Below are positions 53,334 through 64,000 of a stretch of 64,000 bases of DNA, piece by piece. The translations under genes and the position numbers were made by a program. Source of the DNA: Nitrososphaerales archaeon (lineage in GTDB: Archaea; Thermoproteota; Nitrososphaeria; Nitrososphaerales; UBA213); assembly GCA_965197925.1 (NCBI GenBank), contig CBDAOC010000019.1:384001-448000 (forward strand), given 5' to 3'. The stretch's first letter is position 1. Every line of letters begins with the position of its first letter. The notes under the pieces are model-generated. The model was not told the origin of the DNA, did no database searches, and was given only the letters and a program-made list of their open reading frames with translations.

Positions 53334-54348
53334 ACAATGTTAGCAAGCGAGGTAATATGTTCACATTCTCGATTATTACATCAACATCTCTTTTTTTGAA
53401 GGTGTTGAATTGGAAATCTCTATCTGACACAGCTCCATACACACCACAGAATACTGAGTTAGCGTCATCATTTTCCGATGCCTTTTTTGCCATTAACATA
53501 TCTTCTATGGAATCCCCTACGAATAACCCGTTATTGGCATTAAGAACTTGCATCGATTTCAACAAAGCGTAAGGAGATGGCTTCTTAATCTGAGAAGATT
53601 TGATCTTTTCCTCTTTCTCTTCATCTTCAATAAATACGCTAGCGGGAAGATTAAAGTGATTTAATATAGATTTCAATGTATGTTGCGTAGCAAGTCTACT
53701 TCTTCCAGAAACTATAGCAATCTTGCCATTGAAGATGTTAGAAATACTTCTTACACTCTCTTCTGAAATCACTACTTGATCTTTATCAATAAATCCATGC
53801 GAATTATTAAAAATAGGTTCTTTTCTATGCATAATTTTAAAAAGTTCCTTACCATAGAAATATTCATCAAATACTGTGCCAAGTAAATTTGAAGTTCCCA
53901 ACCCGGAATACTTTAATTCATCCTTAACTTTTTTAATAACACCATTACAATTCAAATCAGATAAGTGTTGTTCGATAGACTCTATTCCACGTTCGTCTGC
54001 ATGTGTTATTATATTCGAGATAAACTTTTGTGCAAGTCCAACATCACTGGTATCCGCAGCAATTGCTCCTAATATTGCCACGTAGGTAGTATCAGTGTCA
54101 CTGTTAAAACCGCCTGATATTCTTAACTTCAATATCATTTCGTCTGTAACAAGATCGTACCATTGTTTCCTACCGGTCATTTTTTCAAGGATGAAACCTG
54201 TAGTATGCTTTATACATGCATTATAAGAATTATTTATATTTACCAATGTACCATCACAATCAAATATTACACATTCGAGATCGTTAAATTTTGAAACTAT
54301 GTTATCCTTTACCCATACATTATTAATCACCTCTCTGTAATCACTCAT
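53323..54348 (-). CDS. HAD-superfamily hydrolase within his operon
   Basis: FDCDGTL, SGR, KKPSP, VGDSIED. Confidence 0.85.
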   Translation of the reverse strand: MSDYREVINNVWVKDNIVSKFNDLECVIFDCDGTLVNINNSYNACIKHTTGFILEKMTGRKQWYDLVTDEMILKLRISGGFNSDTDTTYVAILGAIAADTSDVGLAQKFISNIITHADERGIESIEQHLSDLNCNGVIKKVKDELKYSGLGTSNLLGTVFDEYFYGKELFKIMHRKEPIFNNSHGFIDKDQVVISEESVRSISNIFNGKIAIVSGRSRLATQHTLKSILNHFNLPASVFIEDEEKEEKIKSSQIKKPSPYALLKSMQVLNANNGLFVGDSIEDMLMAKKASENDDANSVFCGVYGAVSDRDFQFNTFKKRDVDVIIENVNILPRLLTLFEH

Positions 54349-55409
54349 TTACAAACAACTTTTAACGCTTTTAGGAACTTGTCGTTCATTAATCGTGTGC
54401 CAATAGTTACTCTTAAACAACCCAAATGTTGGCCAATATCTCCAATATTTCTGATAACTACCCCTTGCCTAATTAAGTTTCTATACATTTCTTGATATTT
54501 CTTACCGGCTTCGAACAAAATAAAGTTAGTATCTGATCCAAATGCACCTAGTTCATCAATAGAATTAATCTCATCAAAAACACGCTTCCGCTCTCTCATG
54601 ACATTTTTTATTGTTGTGTTTATATAATTCAATTTTGAGAGAGCAATACTGGCAGCGCTTAGCGACAAGCTACTCAGTGGATATGGATATTGTATCTTGT
54701 TAACAAATAACTCTGCAACTTTATTATTTGATATCATATAACCGACACGGGCCCCAGCAAGACCAAATGCTTTTGACATCGTCCTTAACACTACCAAGTT
54801 ATCGTAGCTCCTTACAAGATCTGCAAGAGAATAGGGAGCAAATTCAACATAGGCCTCATCAACAATCACCAGACCGTCGAAAGAATTTATTACTTCCAGA
54901 AGTGTCTTCTTTTCGAATTGATTCCCCGTAGGATTGTTTGGTGAACATATGTAACAGATCATTCCACCTTTAGACATTGAAAGGAATTTCTTAGCTCCAA
55001 AAGAAAAATTGTTATCAAGAGGAATACACTTTATCTTTATTGAACGCAAGTTACATCTATCTTTGTAAAATGTAAAACTAGGTTCTAATGTTAATGCCCC
55101 TAAATCGGTTGTAAAGGTTGAGAGGAGTAAATCAATTATTTGATCTGAACCGCATCCTATTGCTATACACTCACTTGCCACATTAAGATATTTACCTAAA
55201 CTTTTTCTTAACTCATCATACTCGTAGCTAGGATACTCACGAAGATCCATTTTTTGTGAAGCCTCTCTAATTATTCTTGTTATGAAGGTTTTGGAAAGGG
55301 CTAAATTCTCATTAGTATCCATCCTAATCGCGTCGGCATATCTTTCTGGTTTTTGGTAACCTGATATTTTTGTCAAAGAGGACACTCTTGACCTTACCCA
55401 TTTATTCAT
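54345..55409 (-). CDS. hisC: Histidinol-phosphate aminotransferase
   Basis: NEN, CSPNNPTG, DEAY, RTMSKAFGLAGAR. Confidence 0.94.
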   Translation of the reverse strand: MNKWVRSRVSSLTKISGYQKPERYADAIRMDTNENLALSKTFITRIIREASQKMDLREYPSYEYDELRKSLGKYLNVASECIAIGCGSDQIIDLLLSTFTTDLGALTLEPSFTFYKDRCNLRSIKIKCIPLDNNFSFGAKKFLSMSKGGMICYICSPNNPTGNQFEKKTLLEVINSFDGLVIVDEAYVEFAPYSLADLVRSYDNLVVLRTMSKAFGLAGARVGYMISNNKVAELFVNKIQYPYPLSSLSLSAASIALSKLNYINTTIKNVMRERKRVFDEINSIDELGAFGSDTNFILFEAGKKYQEMYRNLIRQGVVIRNIGDIGQHLGCLRVTIGTRLMNDKFLKALKVVCK

Positions 55410-56698
55410 CAGAGTCTCTCCAAAATTGCTTTATAATGATTCGGTAGATTTTCTGCTTCACTTAACAACTTGACAGTATTAGATACTTTGTTTAATCCCT
55501 TCCTATTAACTTTAACCACATTCATAAATTTTATGAAGTCTAAACAAGAAAGCGATGCCCTAGATTTACCAAATGCATTAGTCGGTAGAACGTGATTAGA
55601 ACCTAGCGCATAATCGCTAGCAGCAGAAGGAGAGTACTCACCAACAAGTATCAAACCCGCTGATTCTATACTTTTACTTACTTTCTCACCGTTCTTCATA
55701 AGTATTTGCAAATGCTCTGGTGCGATTTCGTTGATAAATTTTATTGCATCAAATATATTCCTACAAAAAGCTATAAAGCCTCTATCTTCTAAACTTTTAC
55801 GCACAATAGCACCCCTATCCACTTTATTTACTAATCTTGATAGTTCCGTAACTACACAGGCAGCAAGTTTTTTGGAGGGTGTTATCAAACCACAAAAAGT
55901 GTCAATACTATGCTCAGCCTGCGAAATCATGTCAAGCGCAATACTCCTTGCTCGTGCCGTCTCATCAGCAAAAACTAACAGTTCTGTTGGACCTGCAAGC
56001 ATATCAATAGCTACCGACCTTGCTGCGAGTGCCTTTGCAACATTTACAAAGGAACCTCCAGGTCCTACAATTTTGCTTACTGGCTTAATAGTTTCTGTTC
56101 CATATGCCATCGCTGCTATTGAATGTGCGCCACCAACTTTGTAAAGTTCATTTACACCACAAAGATCTGCGGCTACAAGAGTCAACGGATCCAGTGTTCC
56201 CTTCTTTGTTGGTGGGGAACATACGACTATTCTTTTGACACCGGCTACTTTTGCAGGGACGGTACACATTATTAAAGTACTTGGGTATCTGGCCTGACCC
56301 CCTGGAACATAACATCCTGCACTTTCTACAGATTTCCTTTGTTTATTGATCTTTGTTCCCTCGATTCGAATTTCAATATTTCTGAGTTTTTTTATTACTG
56401 CTCTTTCAACAGTTTCAAGCCTTTTCTTAATTTCCTTCAGCGCCCTTATCTGTTCCTTAGTTGTAAGTTTGTATGCATGGTCTATCTCCTCACTACTTAC
56501 CGCGATAGAATCAATTTTCACGCCGTCAAAATTCGAGGTATAATAGAATAGTGCTTTATCACCGTCCCGTGCGACTCTCGCCATTATTGCTTTAACCTTT
56601 TTTATCTCCTCATTACCGATACTAGTTTTTACACGTATTCTCGACGCAACTTTGATAGGATCATCTATCGTAAGATTCTTGATACCGAGCTCCATCAT
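55409..56698 (-). CDS. hisD: Histidinol dehydrogenase
   Basis: YVPGG, GPG..V, AGPTE, SQAEH, APEHL, GSNHVLPT. Confidence 0.96.
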   Translation of the reverse strand: MMELGIKNLTIDDPIKVASRIRVKTSIGNEEIKKVKAIMARVARDGDKALFYYTSNFDGVKIDSIAVSSEEIDHAYKLTTKEQIRALKEIKKRLETVERAVIKKLRNIEIRIEGTKINKQRKSVESAGCYVPGGQARYPSTLIMCTVPAKVAGVKRIVVCSPPTKKGTLDPLTLVAADLCGVNELYKVGGAHSIAAMAYGTETIKPVSKIVGPGGSFVNVAKALAARSVAIDMLAGPTELLVFADETARARSIALDMISQAEHSIDTFCGLITPSKKLAACVVTELSRLVNKVDRGAIVRKSLEDRGFIAFCRNIFDAIKFINEIAPEHLQILMKNGEKVSKSIESAGLILVGEYSPSAASDYALGSNHVLPTNAFGKSRASLSCLDFIKFMNVVKVNRKGLNKVSNTVKLLSEAENLPNHYKAILERL

Positions 56699-56719
56699 AA
56701 ATCATGACCTTCCTATTTG

Positions 56720-57700
56720 CTATTCTTGATCCTCTTGAAAGCTGATTTCTTCTAGTGGTAGTATACCATTAGGTTCATGTACCACAAGCCCTTGAGCAAG
56801 TTTGCGTAACTTAGGGATTATTCTCACAAACTCGTCCTTTCTGATTACCGTATTAACACCAAGCCAACCAACCTCGCTAAGTTCGCTGATTGTAGGCCTT
56901 TTAAGCGCAGGCAAACTCTGAAGCAACAGGTCTAAGTTTTCCTTCCTTACGTTGACGAATATATGAAGTTTCTTTCTACCTTCTATCACGCCCTTAAGTA
57001 AAGTAACTATATCGTAGATCTTCTGTTTCTTCTTGTCTTCTCTCAACGAATATCTATTAGCGACAAGAACAGCTGTAGATTCCATAACAGTATCTATAAC
57101 TTTAAGATTGTTCTGCTCCAGAGTTGTACCTGTTTCAGTTACATCAATTATTGCATCGGCGTCCTCAGGTGGTTTGGCTTCTGTAGCCCCGAAGGAAAGT
57201 ATGACTTGAACTTTCTCGTTGTCACCCTTCCTCCACCAAGGTGTAATTATCATTGGTTCTCTATCACCAAAATTCTTAACGTATTCCTCATCTTGCTTGA
57301 TGTAATTAGCAGAAATGTTAAGGTATTCTGTAGATATACGCAAGATTTTGCCATTAGAGGAATATTCTCTAATCATATCTGATAATGAATTAACATTTTG
57401 AGTTTTTGGTATAGCTATTATGATTTTAATTCTACCATATCCTAAGTCCAACAGAATTTTTACATCAGCGTTAGTCTCTTCAATCCAATCTTTACCAGTT
57501 ATACCGACATCATATAGTCCTTCGCTAACATATGTCGGAATTTCTTGAGGTCTTAGCAGTTTGAGGGAAACCTCAGGATCATTTACAGATATTCTGTAGG
57601 TTCTTCCCTTACCATTTACACTGAACCAAGCTTGTTCCAGAAACCTGAAGGTATGTTCTTCGATACTACCTTTAGGGATAGCGAATCTAACTTTTACCAT
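56720..57700 (-). CDS. hisG: ATP phosphoribosyltransferase (long form)
   Basis: AIPKGS, RPQEIP, D.GITG.D, GATE, ETGTTL..N.L. Confidence 0.95.
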   Translation of the reverse strand: MVKVRFAIPKGSIEEHTFRFLEQAWFSVNGKGRTYRISVNDPEVSLKLLRPQEIPTYVSEGLYDVGITGKDWIEETNADVKILLDLGYGRIKIIIAIPKTQNVNSLSDMIREYSSNGKILRISTEYLNISANYIKQDEEYVKNFGDREPMIITPWWRKGDNEKVQVILSFGATEAKPPEDADAIIDVTETGTTLEQNNLKVIDTVMESTAVLVANRYSLREDKKKQKIYDIVTLLKGVIEGRKKLHIFVNVRKENLDLLLQSLPALKRPTISELSEVGWLGVNTVIRKDEFVRIIPKLRKLAQGLVVHEPNGILPLEEISFQEDQE

Positions 57701-57825
57701 ATCCAGCAGAAAATAGAAATAGTTTAGGCTATATGTATTTGGTGTTTTATCTAGTAACTAGTATTCTAGCTGGAAAACCCTCAAAATTATTCCCTTGGGT
57801 TGAAACAAATCAATAGGATGATTTT

Positions 57826-59085
57826 CTATCTCCGTTTCTTTAGAGTCTTTAGAACTTGCTTTGCCCTCTGCGTTGTAATGTTTCCTTCATCTGTGATCTT
57901 CTTAGCAACTGTGCCTATCAATTTTCCCTCTGCGCCGCTCATCATAGCAATGTTCCTTGCATGCAAGCTCATATGACCTTGTTGTATACCCTCAGATACT
58001 AGTGCTCGCAAGGCGGCAAAATTCTGTGCGAGTCCCACAGATGCTAAAACGTATGAAAGCTCCTGAGCAGTTTTGACACGTAAGATTTTCAAACATGTTT
58101 TTGCTACAGGATGCATTGAAGATACACCGCCTATAACGCCAACAGCCAGCGGTATTTCTATACCACCAACAAGATCGCCATTCCTATTTCTACACCAAGA
58201 TGTTATCGGCGAATATCTGCCACTTCTCGCAGCGTAAGAATGTACCCCCGCCTCTATGGCTCTACTATCTTGTCCTGTAGCATTAGCTGTTGCTATAATA
58301 CCATTCATAACACCCTTGTTTTGCGTTACACACCTATATTGGTCAGACATAGCAAAAGATTGGGCCAGCAATATACCTTCAACGACTTCACTGCCGATTT
58401 CATCTTTACTAAACACTGCTCTGGCCCTTGCTAATCGTTTCGTTGTATAATTAGACAATATTTTCAATAAAGTCTTCCCTCCAGTTATATATTCAATATA
58501 AGGAGCTACAGCTTCGCACATACTGTTAACAATATTAGCACCCATAGCATCACTCACATTTACTATTAGTTCAACTATGAGCATCTTTCCCCGAGCCGTA
58601 TCTATCACTCGGAAGGTAACATTTTTAGCACCTGCACATTTCTTTGTGAGTGTTTGGCTTTTATTGTTTGCCAATTCAATAATTTTACTCTTAACTGCTA
58701 TGACTTTCTGTCCACTTTTCTTAGGTTCCGGCAATCCTACTATTTGCACCTGACCGATCATCATTGATTGGTCCGCACTCGCAACAAAACCACCTTTTAA
58801 GCGTGCGATCTTTGCGGCCTTGCTTGCTCCCGCTATTACAGAAGGTTCTTCGATCACCATAGGTATCAGATAATCTCTACCGTTGATCAAGAAATTGGTT
58901 CCTATACCAAGGGGAAGAGCCATCATGCCTATTGCATTCTCCACCATATTATTGGCAATGTTTAATGATAATCCTACAGCCTTCAATATCTTGATATCAC
59001 TATCTGTAAGATTTGCAAAGTTTTTCACTATTTGTAACCGCTGCTTTGGACTCATCTGATAAAATTTTCTTATCTCACTCTTCAA
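57826..59085 (-). CDS. hmgA: HMG-CoA reductase, class II (degradative-type)
   Basis: ENAIG, EEPSVIA, DAMGAN, NKG.MNGI, GIQQGHMSLH. Confidence 0.93.
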   Translation of the reverse strand: MKSEIRKFYQMSPKQRLQIVKNFANLTDSDIKILKAVGLSLNIANNMVENAIGMMALPLGIGTNFLINGRDYLIPMVIEEPSVIAGASKAAKIARLKGGFVASADQSMMIGQVQIVGLPEPKKSGQKVIAVKSKIIELANNKSQTLTKKCAGAKNVTFRVIDTARGKMLIVELIVNVSDAMGANIVNSMCEAVAPYIEYITGGKTLLKILSNYTTKRLARARAVFSKDEIGSEVVEGILLAQSFAMSDQYRCVTQNKGVMNGIIATANATGQDSRAIEAGVHSYAARSGRYSPITSWCRNRNGDLVGGIEIPLAVGVIGGVSSMHPVAKTCLKILRVKTAQELSYVLASVGLAQNFAALRALVSEGIQQGHMSLHARNIAMMSGAEGKLIGTVAKKITDEGNITTQRAKQVLKTLKKRR

Positions 59086-59089
59086 TGAT

Positions 59090-60190
59090 TTATCTAGGCT
59101 GGGTTATCCTTAAAATCTTATCATCGTCCGATGAAGGGAAGCCTCTTCCATCTCTGTTGCTTGTAATAATGTATAAGTATCCATCAGGGCCATGAACTAC
59201 ATCCCTAATCCTTCCAAAACCATCTAGAAAAGTTTCTAGTTTTAGTGCATCATTTTTATTATCAAATACAATATGTTCTACATGTTCGCCTCGAAGAGTT
59301 CCAAAGAAAAATTGGTCCTTGTAAGGTAATTTATTTGATGAATAAAAAGTTGCGCCTGCAGGAGCTATACTGACCTCATAGCATACAATCGGTGGCACAA
59401 ACTCTTTAGCGACACATCGCTCTATTGGCCATCCATAATTCATCCCAGGTTTAATTACATTAATTTCATCATTCCCTACAGGACCATGTTCAGTTGAATA
59501 GAGCTCATTTGTAGAAGGACGCCAAGCAATACCCTGTGGATTTCTATGACCATATGAGTAAACAGGTGAATTGGGGAATGGGTTATCATCAGGAATAGAA
59601 CCATTTGGATTTATTCGTAAAATCTTGCCTGCTAGAGAATTCAAGTTCTGTGGTAGACTGAGATCTGCGGCATCACCAGTTGTAATGTATAATTTACCGT
59701 CGGGAGCAAACTTTATTCGACCTCCATTATGTGTTGCTGCTCCTGGTATCTTATCTACCAAAACCTCCTCATTTGATGCTATATTATCCTGTTCTTCCAA
59801 TCTCACAACTTTGTTCCATAGACTGCCTTTTGTATCAACATAAGTATAATACACATAAATGAAATGGTTCTTATCAAAATTTGGGTCAAGTGCCAGGCCT
59901 AACATCCCTGCTTCACTAAACTTTGCAACATCTGTAGCAAAAACTGGCCTTTCAACCAACTCACCATCCATGATTACCCTAATAATTCCAGTTCTTTCAG
60001 TAAGAAAAATCCTGCCATCATTGGCGAAATCTAAAGCCCACGGCGCTTGTAGGCCCGATACAACTACATCAATTCCAGTTTCACTAAAATGTCTTGGTGG
60101 AGGGATCGGCACCGGTGCTGTGGGAAAGGACACGAGAGCAGCCCCTATGAAAGCTATTGCAACAACAAAAACTATCACTTTTCTTTTCAT
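59090..60190 (-). CDS. PQQ-dependent glucose/sorbosone dehydrogenase family
   Basis: Signal anchor; HNGGRIKF.PDG.LY...GD, YGHRNPQG, GRIRDV..GPDG. Confidence 0.9.
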   Translation of the reverse strand: MKRKVIVFVVAIAFIGAALVSFPTAPVPIPPPRHFSETGIDVVVSGLQAPWALDFANDGRIFLTERTGIIRVIMDGELVERPVFATDVAKFSEAGMLGLALDPNFDKNHFIYVYYTYVDTKGSLWNKVVRLEEQDNIASNEEVLVDKIPGAATHNGGRIKFAPDGKLYITTGDAADLSLPQNLNSLAGKILRINPNGSIPDDNPFPNSPVYSYGHRNPQGIAWRPSTNELYSTEHGPVGNDEINVIKPGMNYGWPIERCVAKEFVPPIVCYEVSIAPAGATFYSSNKLPYKDQFFFGTLRGEHVEHIVFDNKNDALKLETFLDGFGRIRDVVHGPDGYLYIITSNRDGRGFPSSDDDKILRITQPR

Positions 60191-60673
60191 ACTTGATGTT
60201 AAGAAAATAGTGGACTGTAATGTAAAAGTTTACTGTCCCTGAAAGTGTATCTACCCCACCTTATTACTTTACAGAACTTCTTTTCTAACTTTGAATAGGA
60301 TTTCACCCAAAGATGAAGAGTATGAGTCCGTAGTAATTGATTAGTTTTGACCATGTAAATTGATAAGTATATTTTCACTTATCCACGGATTATTAGATAT
60401 AATCTCCTTGCCCTATGCATATTGCATCCTTTCAATGAAAAGAATTAAGAAATTGTTTCTAGCACTGAAGAAATCGTTGCTGATTTGTTATGTTTTTGAA
60501 TCTCAAAATTGTACAATTAGAACTTATAGATTTTAATAAACCTAAGATCGTTACTAAACATAATGACTTCAGTAAATAATAAAACAGAAACCTGAGTAGA
60601 CCGCAAAAGAGGATGCTATTATCTATGATAAAATTTTAAACATAAATTTCAATTTATCAGATACATACATTGC

Positions 60674-61547
60674 CAACTCATCTCAAAACCCTACAATACA
60701 TCAAAAATGATGCAAGATTAACAAATGCCAGGTAGTTTTCTGCCGTTCTTTCATACCTGATTCTTGTTCTGTGAAATCCATTCTTGAGCCATGCAAGGAA
60801 TCTCTCAACTACAAATCTTGTCTTGTTGCAATGTTTGCAATCATTATTTTGCAAGATGAACTTGGAATTTATTTTGTATGGGATGCAACATGCAATATTT
60901 CTATCCCACAAATACATTCTGATGTATTTTGCATCATTTTGTCTGCATAAACTGGTTCTATCTGTTGTATTGAATCATCATCAAGATAGTCTGAAATTGA
61001 TCCTGTAACATCCATGCATTTTGTACTGTCATGTTCATTTGCTGGACTCAACAGTATGGATATTGGAAATCCGTTACTCTCTACTGCGGCATGTATTTTT
61101 GTACCTGTTATTCTCTTGAATCCATTATATCCAGTTACATTGCCCCTTTTTTATCAGGAATGGATGAAGAGTCAACTGATATTTTTTGTAGATTAATTTT
61201 GCCAGATTTATGTGCTGAGTGAATAGTACGCGATAGAATCTTTTTCCAGATTCCTTTTTGTTGCCATTTGTTTAACCTTCTGTTTGCAGTAGAATCATCA
61301 CCATATCTTTTTGGCATATCGTCCCATCGGCATCCAGTAGTTAGAACATGGATTATTCCGTTAATGATTTTTCTATCATAATCCCTAGGCCTGCCAGTTT
61401 TTGCATGTGGTGGTATGTGTGATTCCATCATACTCCACTGTTTGTCTGATAATTCTTGGAATTTCATAAAATAATTTTAGATGTCGCTATTCATAGATCT
61501 AAATGGCCGCTAAAAATTGTCTAAATGGTTAGTTTTGAGATGAGTTG
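60674..61547 (-). mobile_element. IS5-family element, copy 3
   Basis: Same TIRs as copy 1; orfA 61135-61467 intact and ending at the AAAAAAG slippery site; orfB frameshifted. Confidence 0.92.
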
Positions 61548-62051
61548 AGTGACTGCCACACTATTTTTGGCAGTTATCTCTTAATCCCGTGGGAACTGGC
61601 AACAACAACATTTTACCCCCATAATTTATCTTCTAATGGCTGGACACCATACGCAGTCTCTTAAATATTTTTAAATAATCTTCCTTTCTGAGATCAGAAG
61701 CTACATTGTCTATTTCTTGTTTAAGCTCCTGCTACATATACTTCTTAAATTGAACGGCGGGCCCATCTTGCTACTTTTATGCTGGGAATTTTATTATTAG
61801 TAAAGCTCTGGGTAAATTATTGTTTTTGAAATATTGTTACCAATTGCCAGTTCGCGTTGATACCACGTCAAGCGAGTAAATAAAAGCTTACTTCCAATTT
61901 ACGACCAACCCTGAATAATAAATATTGTTTAAGATAACGGTGACAAGACCAATGATAGGTAGTTATTATTCAATGAGATGAAGAATTATCATTGAATTAA
62001 ATAGGATTATAAATCACTCTTCGTTTTCTAGCATCATGCAATCTTCGAAAC

Positions 62052-63299
62052 TTGTTGCGTGGATTTCAAATTACCTTCAAAGGCGATAACAATATGAAAC
62101 TAAAGAATTATCCATTAAATGGTAAATTTGGCAAATTTGGAGGAAGATTTGTGCCGGAAACTCTTATCCCTGCATTGGAAGAGCTTGAGAAGTCTTATTT
62201 GAAGTTTAGAAAACAGAATAAATTTAATCAACAACTGGAATATTATCTGAAAGAATATGCTGGTAGACCCACTCCGCTATATTTAGCTAGTAATTTAACT
62301 AAAGCTGTGGGAGGAGCGAAGATCTATTTAAAACGTGAAGATTTGTTGCATGGCGGTGCACATAAGATAAACAATACTATCGGACAAGCTTTGCTAGCAA
62401 AAAAGATGGGAAAAGAGCGGGTGATAGCTGAAACTGGCGCAGGACAGCATGGAGTAGCAACTGCAATGGCTTGCTCATCTCTTGGTCTAAAGTGTGAAGT
62501 CTACATGGGTTCCAAAGACGTCGAAAGGCAAAAGTTGAATGTATTTCGTATGAAACTCCTAGGAGCAGAAATACATCCAGTACATACAGGTTCACAAACA
62601 CTGAAAGATGCGATTAACGAATCCCTACGGGACTGGATTACAAATATAAGATCAACCTATTACCTGCTTGGTTCTGTGGTTGGCCCACATCCATATCCTA
62701 TGATAGTCCGAAATTTCCAGAGAGTAATTGGGAGGGAGATAAAACAACAAGCAAAAAAACTGGAGAAAAAAATGCCAAATGCGATAATAGCATGTGTGGG
62801 AGGTGGAAGCAACGCCATTGGAGCCTTTTATGAATTCTTAGACAATATAGTTCCCTTGTATGGGGTTGAAGCAGGTGGTGAAGGTTTAAACACGGAGAAG
62901 CATTCAGCAACTTTATGTGCAGGAACTGAAGGAATATTGCATGGTATGTTCACATATCTGCTTCAGAATGGTGACGGTCAAATTATTGATACGCATAGTA
63001 TTGCAGCAGGGTTAGACTATCCTGGTGTGGGGCCAGAACACTCATTCTTGAAAAGCATGAAGCGTGTAAAATACACAAATGTTAATGATGTAGATGCTGT
63101 GAAGGCCTTTCTTGCATTGTCGAAGTATGAAGGTATAATACCAGCACTAGAGCCGGCACATGCGATTGGATATGCAATGAAAATTGCGAAAAACTACAAT
63201 AAGAACGATTTCATTGTAGTAGCTTTGTCTGGCAGAGGAGACAAAGATGTGCAAGTTGTAGAACGACAATTAGGGATTAATGATGACCAGAATCAGTGA
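62052..63299 (+). CDS. trpB: Tryptophan synthase beta chain (start probably ATG 62094)
   Basis: [43 protein letters not shown]. Confidence 0.97.
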   Translation: MLRGFQITFKGDNNMKLKNYPLNGKFGKFGGRFVPETLIPALEELEKSYLKFRKQNKFNQQLEYYLKEYAGRPTPLYLASNLTKAVGGAKIYLKREDLLHGGAHKINNTIGQALLAKKMGKERVIAETGAGQHGVATAMACSSLGLKCEVYMGSKDVERQKLNVFRMKLLGAEIHPVHTGSQTLKDAINESLRDWITNIRSTYYLLGSVVGPHPYPMIVRNFQRVIGREIKQQAKKLEKKMPNAIIACVGGGSNAIGAFYEFLDNIVPLYGVEAGGEGLNTEKHSATLCAGTEGILHGMFTYLLQNGDGQIIDTHSIAAGLDYPGVGPEHSFLKSMKRVKYTNVNDVDAVKAFLALSKYEGIIPALEPAHAIGYAMKIAKNYNKNDFIVVALSGRGDKDVQVVERQLGINDDQNQ

Positions 63300-64000
63300 A
63301 ACTTTTTTAGATTTAAATTCTAGGGGAGAGCGTGCATTAATAGGATATGCTGTAGCCGGTTACCCGGATATTGATACTTCAATTGATGTAATCAATGCGA
63401 TGGTTAATGGTGGTGTTGACATAGTTGAAATCGGAATACCTTTTTCAGATCCAATAGCTGACGGGCCAACAATACAGAAAGCTTCTTATCATGCGCTACA
63501 AAAGGGAATGACTCCTGGTAAAGCCTTAAACATAGCAAAACAGATCAATGATAGCCTTAACATTCCTTTAGTAATTATGACCTACTGTAACTTATTATAC
63601 AGACCTGGTTTTGATAATTTCTTGAGAACAGCTAAATCGAATGGAATAGATGGCTTGATAATACCTGATCTAAATGTTGAAGAATCTATGGAATTAAGGA
63701 AATATGCGTCAAAAAATGATCTCGATTCTATATTCTTAGTTTCACCAAATACAAGTGACAGTAGGTTGAAAGCAATAGTAAAAGCGACATCAGGTTTTTT
63801 GTATCTGGTATCAGTCTACGGGACAACTGGGGAACGAAAGGGCTTTGAAGATTACACTATAAAAGCAATAAATCATGTTAAAAAATTTTCTAAGGATAGG
63901 GTACCTCTAGCAGTTGGATTTGGTATAAGTAAAAGTGAGCATGTGAAGTTCATGCTAAAGAATGGTGCTGACGCTATTATAGTAGGAAGTGCGTTTATTA
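63280..64000 (+). CDS. trpA: Tryptophan synthase alpha chain (runs off window)
   Basis: Manual translation MMTRISETF...[40 protein letters not shown]. Confidence 0.95.
   Translation, partial: MMTRISETFLDLNSRGERALIGYAVAGYPDIDTSIDVINAMVNGGVDIVEIGIPFSDPIADGPTIQKASYHALQKGMTPGKALNIAKQINDSLNIPLVIMTYCNLLYRPGFDNFLRTAKSNGIDGLIIPDLNVEESMELRKYASKNDLDSIFLVSPNTSDSRLKAIVKATSGFLYLVSVYGTTGERKGFEDYTIKAINHVKKFSKDRVPLAVGFGISKSEHVKFMLKNGADAIIVGSAFI

Overview
AT-rich archaeal chromosomal window, most consistent with Nitrososphaerota (Thaumarchaeota). This is inferred from CdvB/ESCRT-III, uL16/L10e, EndA, CofE, class II HMG-CoA reductase, tRNAs with T-loop introns and a thaumarchaeal-type secreted protein. Housekeeping blocks are cdvB-bioFBA/bioD-SIS-NTase-LLM-thiolase-DUF35, thrC, tRNA-Gly, rpl10e/endA/tRNA-Glu, cbiD, cofE, his operon-hmgA-PQQ dehydrogenase and trpBA. 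Two accessory islands interrupt them. The first (~20.6-31.5 kb) is a defence/MGE island: SWIM-IS6 transposase with AbrB, two DNA MTases, a HEPN-like protein, Phd/Doc flanked by two candidate structured RNAs, a dead integrase, Mrr, and a 35.5 x 16-bp tandem array. The second (~34-44.9 kb) is a nested IS pile-up plus a provirus-like element with a divergent tyrosine recombinase. The best candidate for an undescribed system is the control region of that element: two divergent ribbon-helix-helix genes separated by three copies of a TATGTAA-N4-TTACATA operator, a lambda cI/cro-like switch built from archaeal parts. All calls were made by eye, with no database searches.
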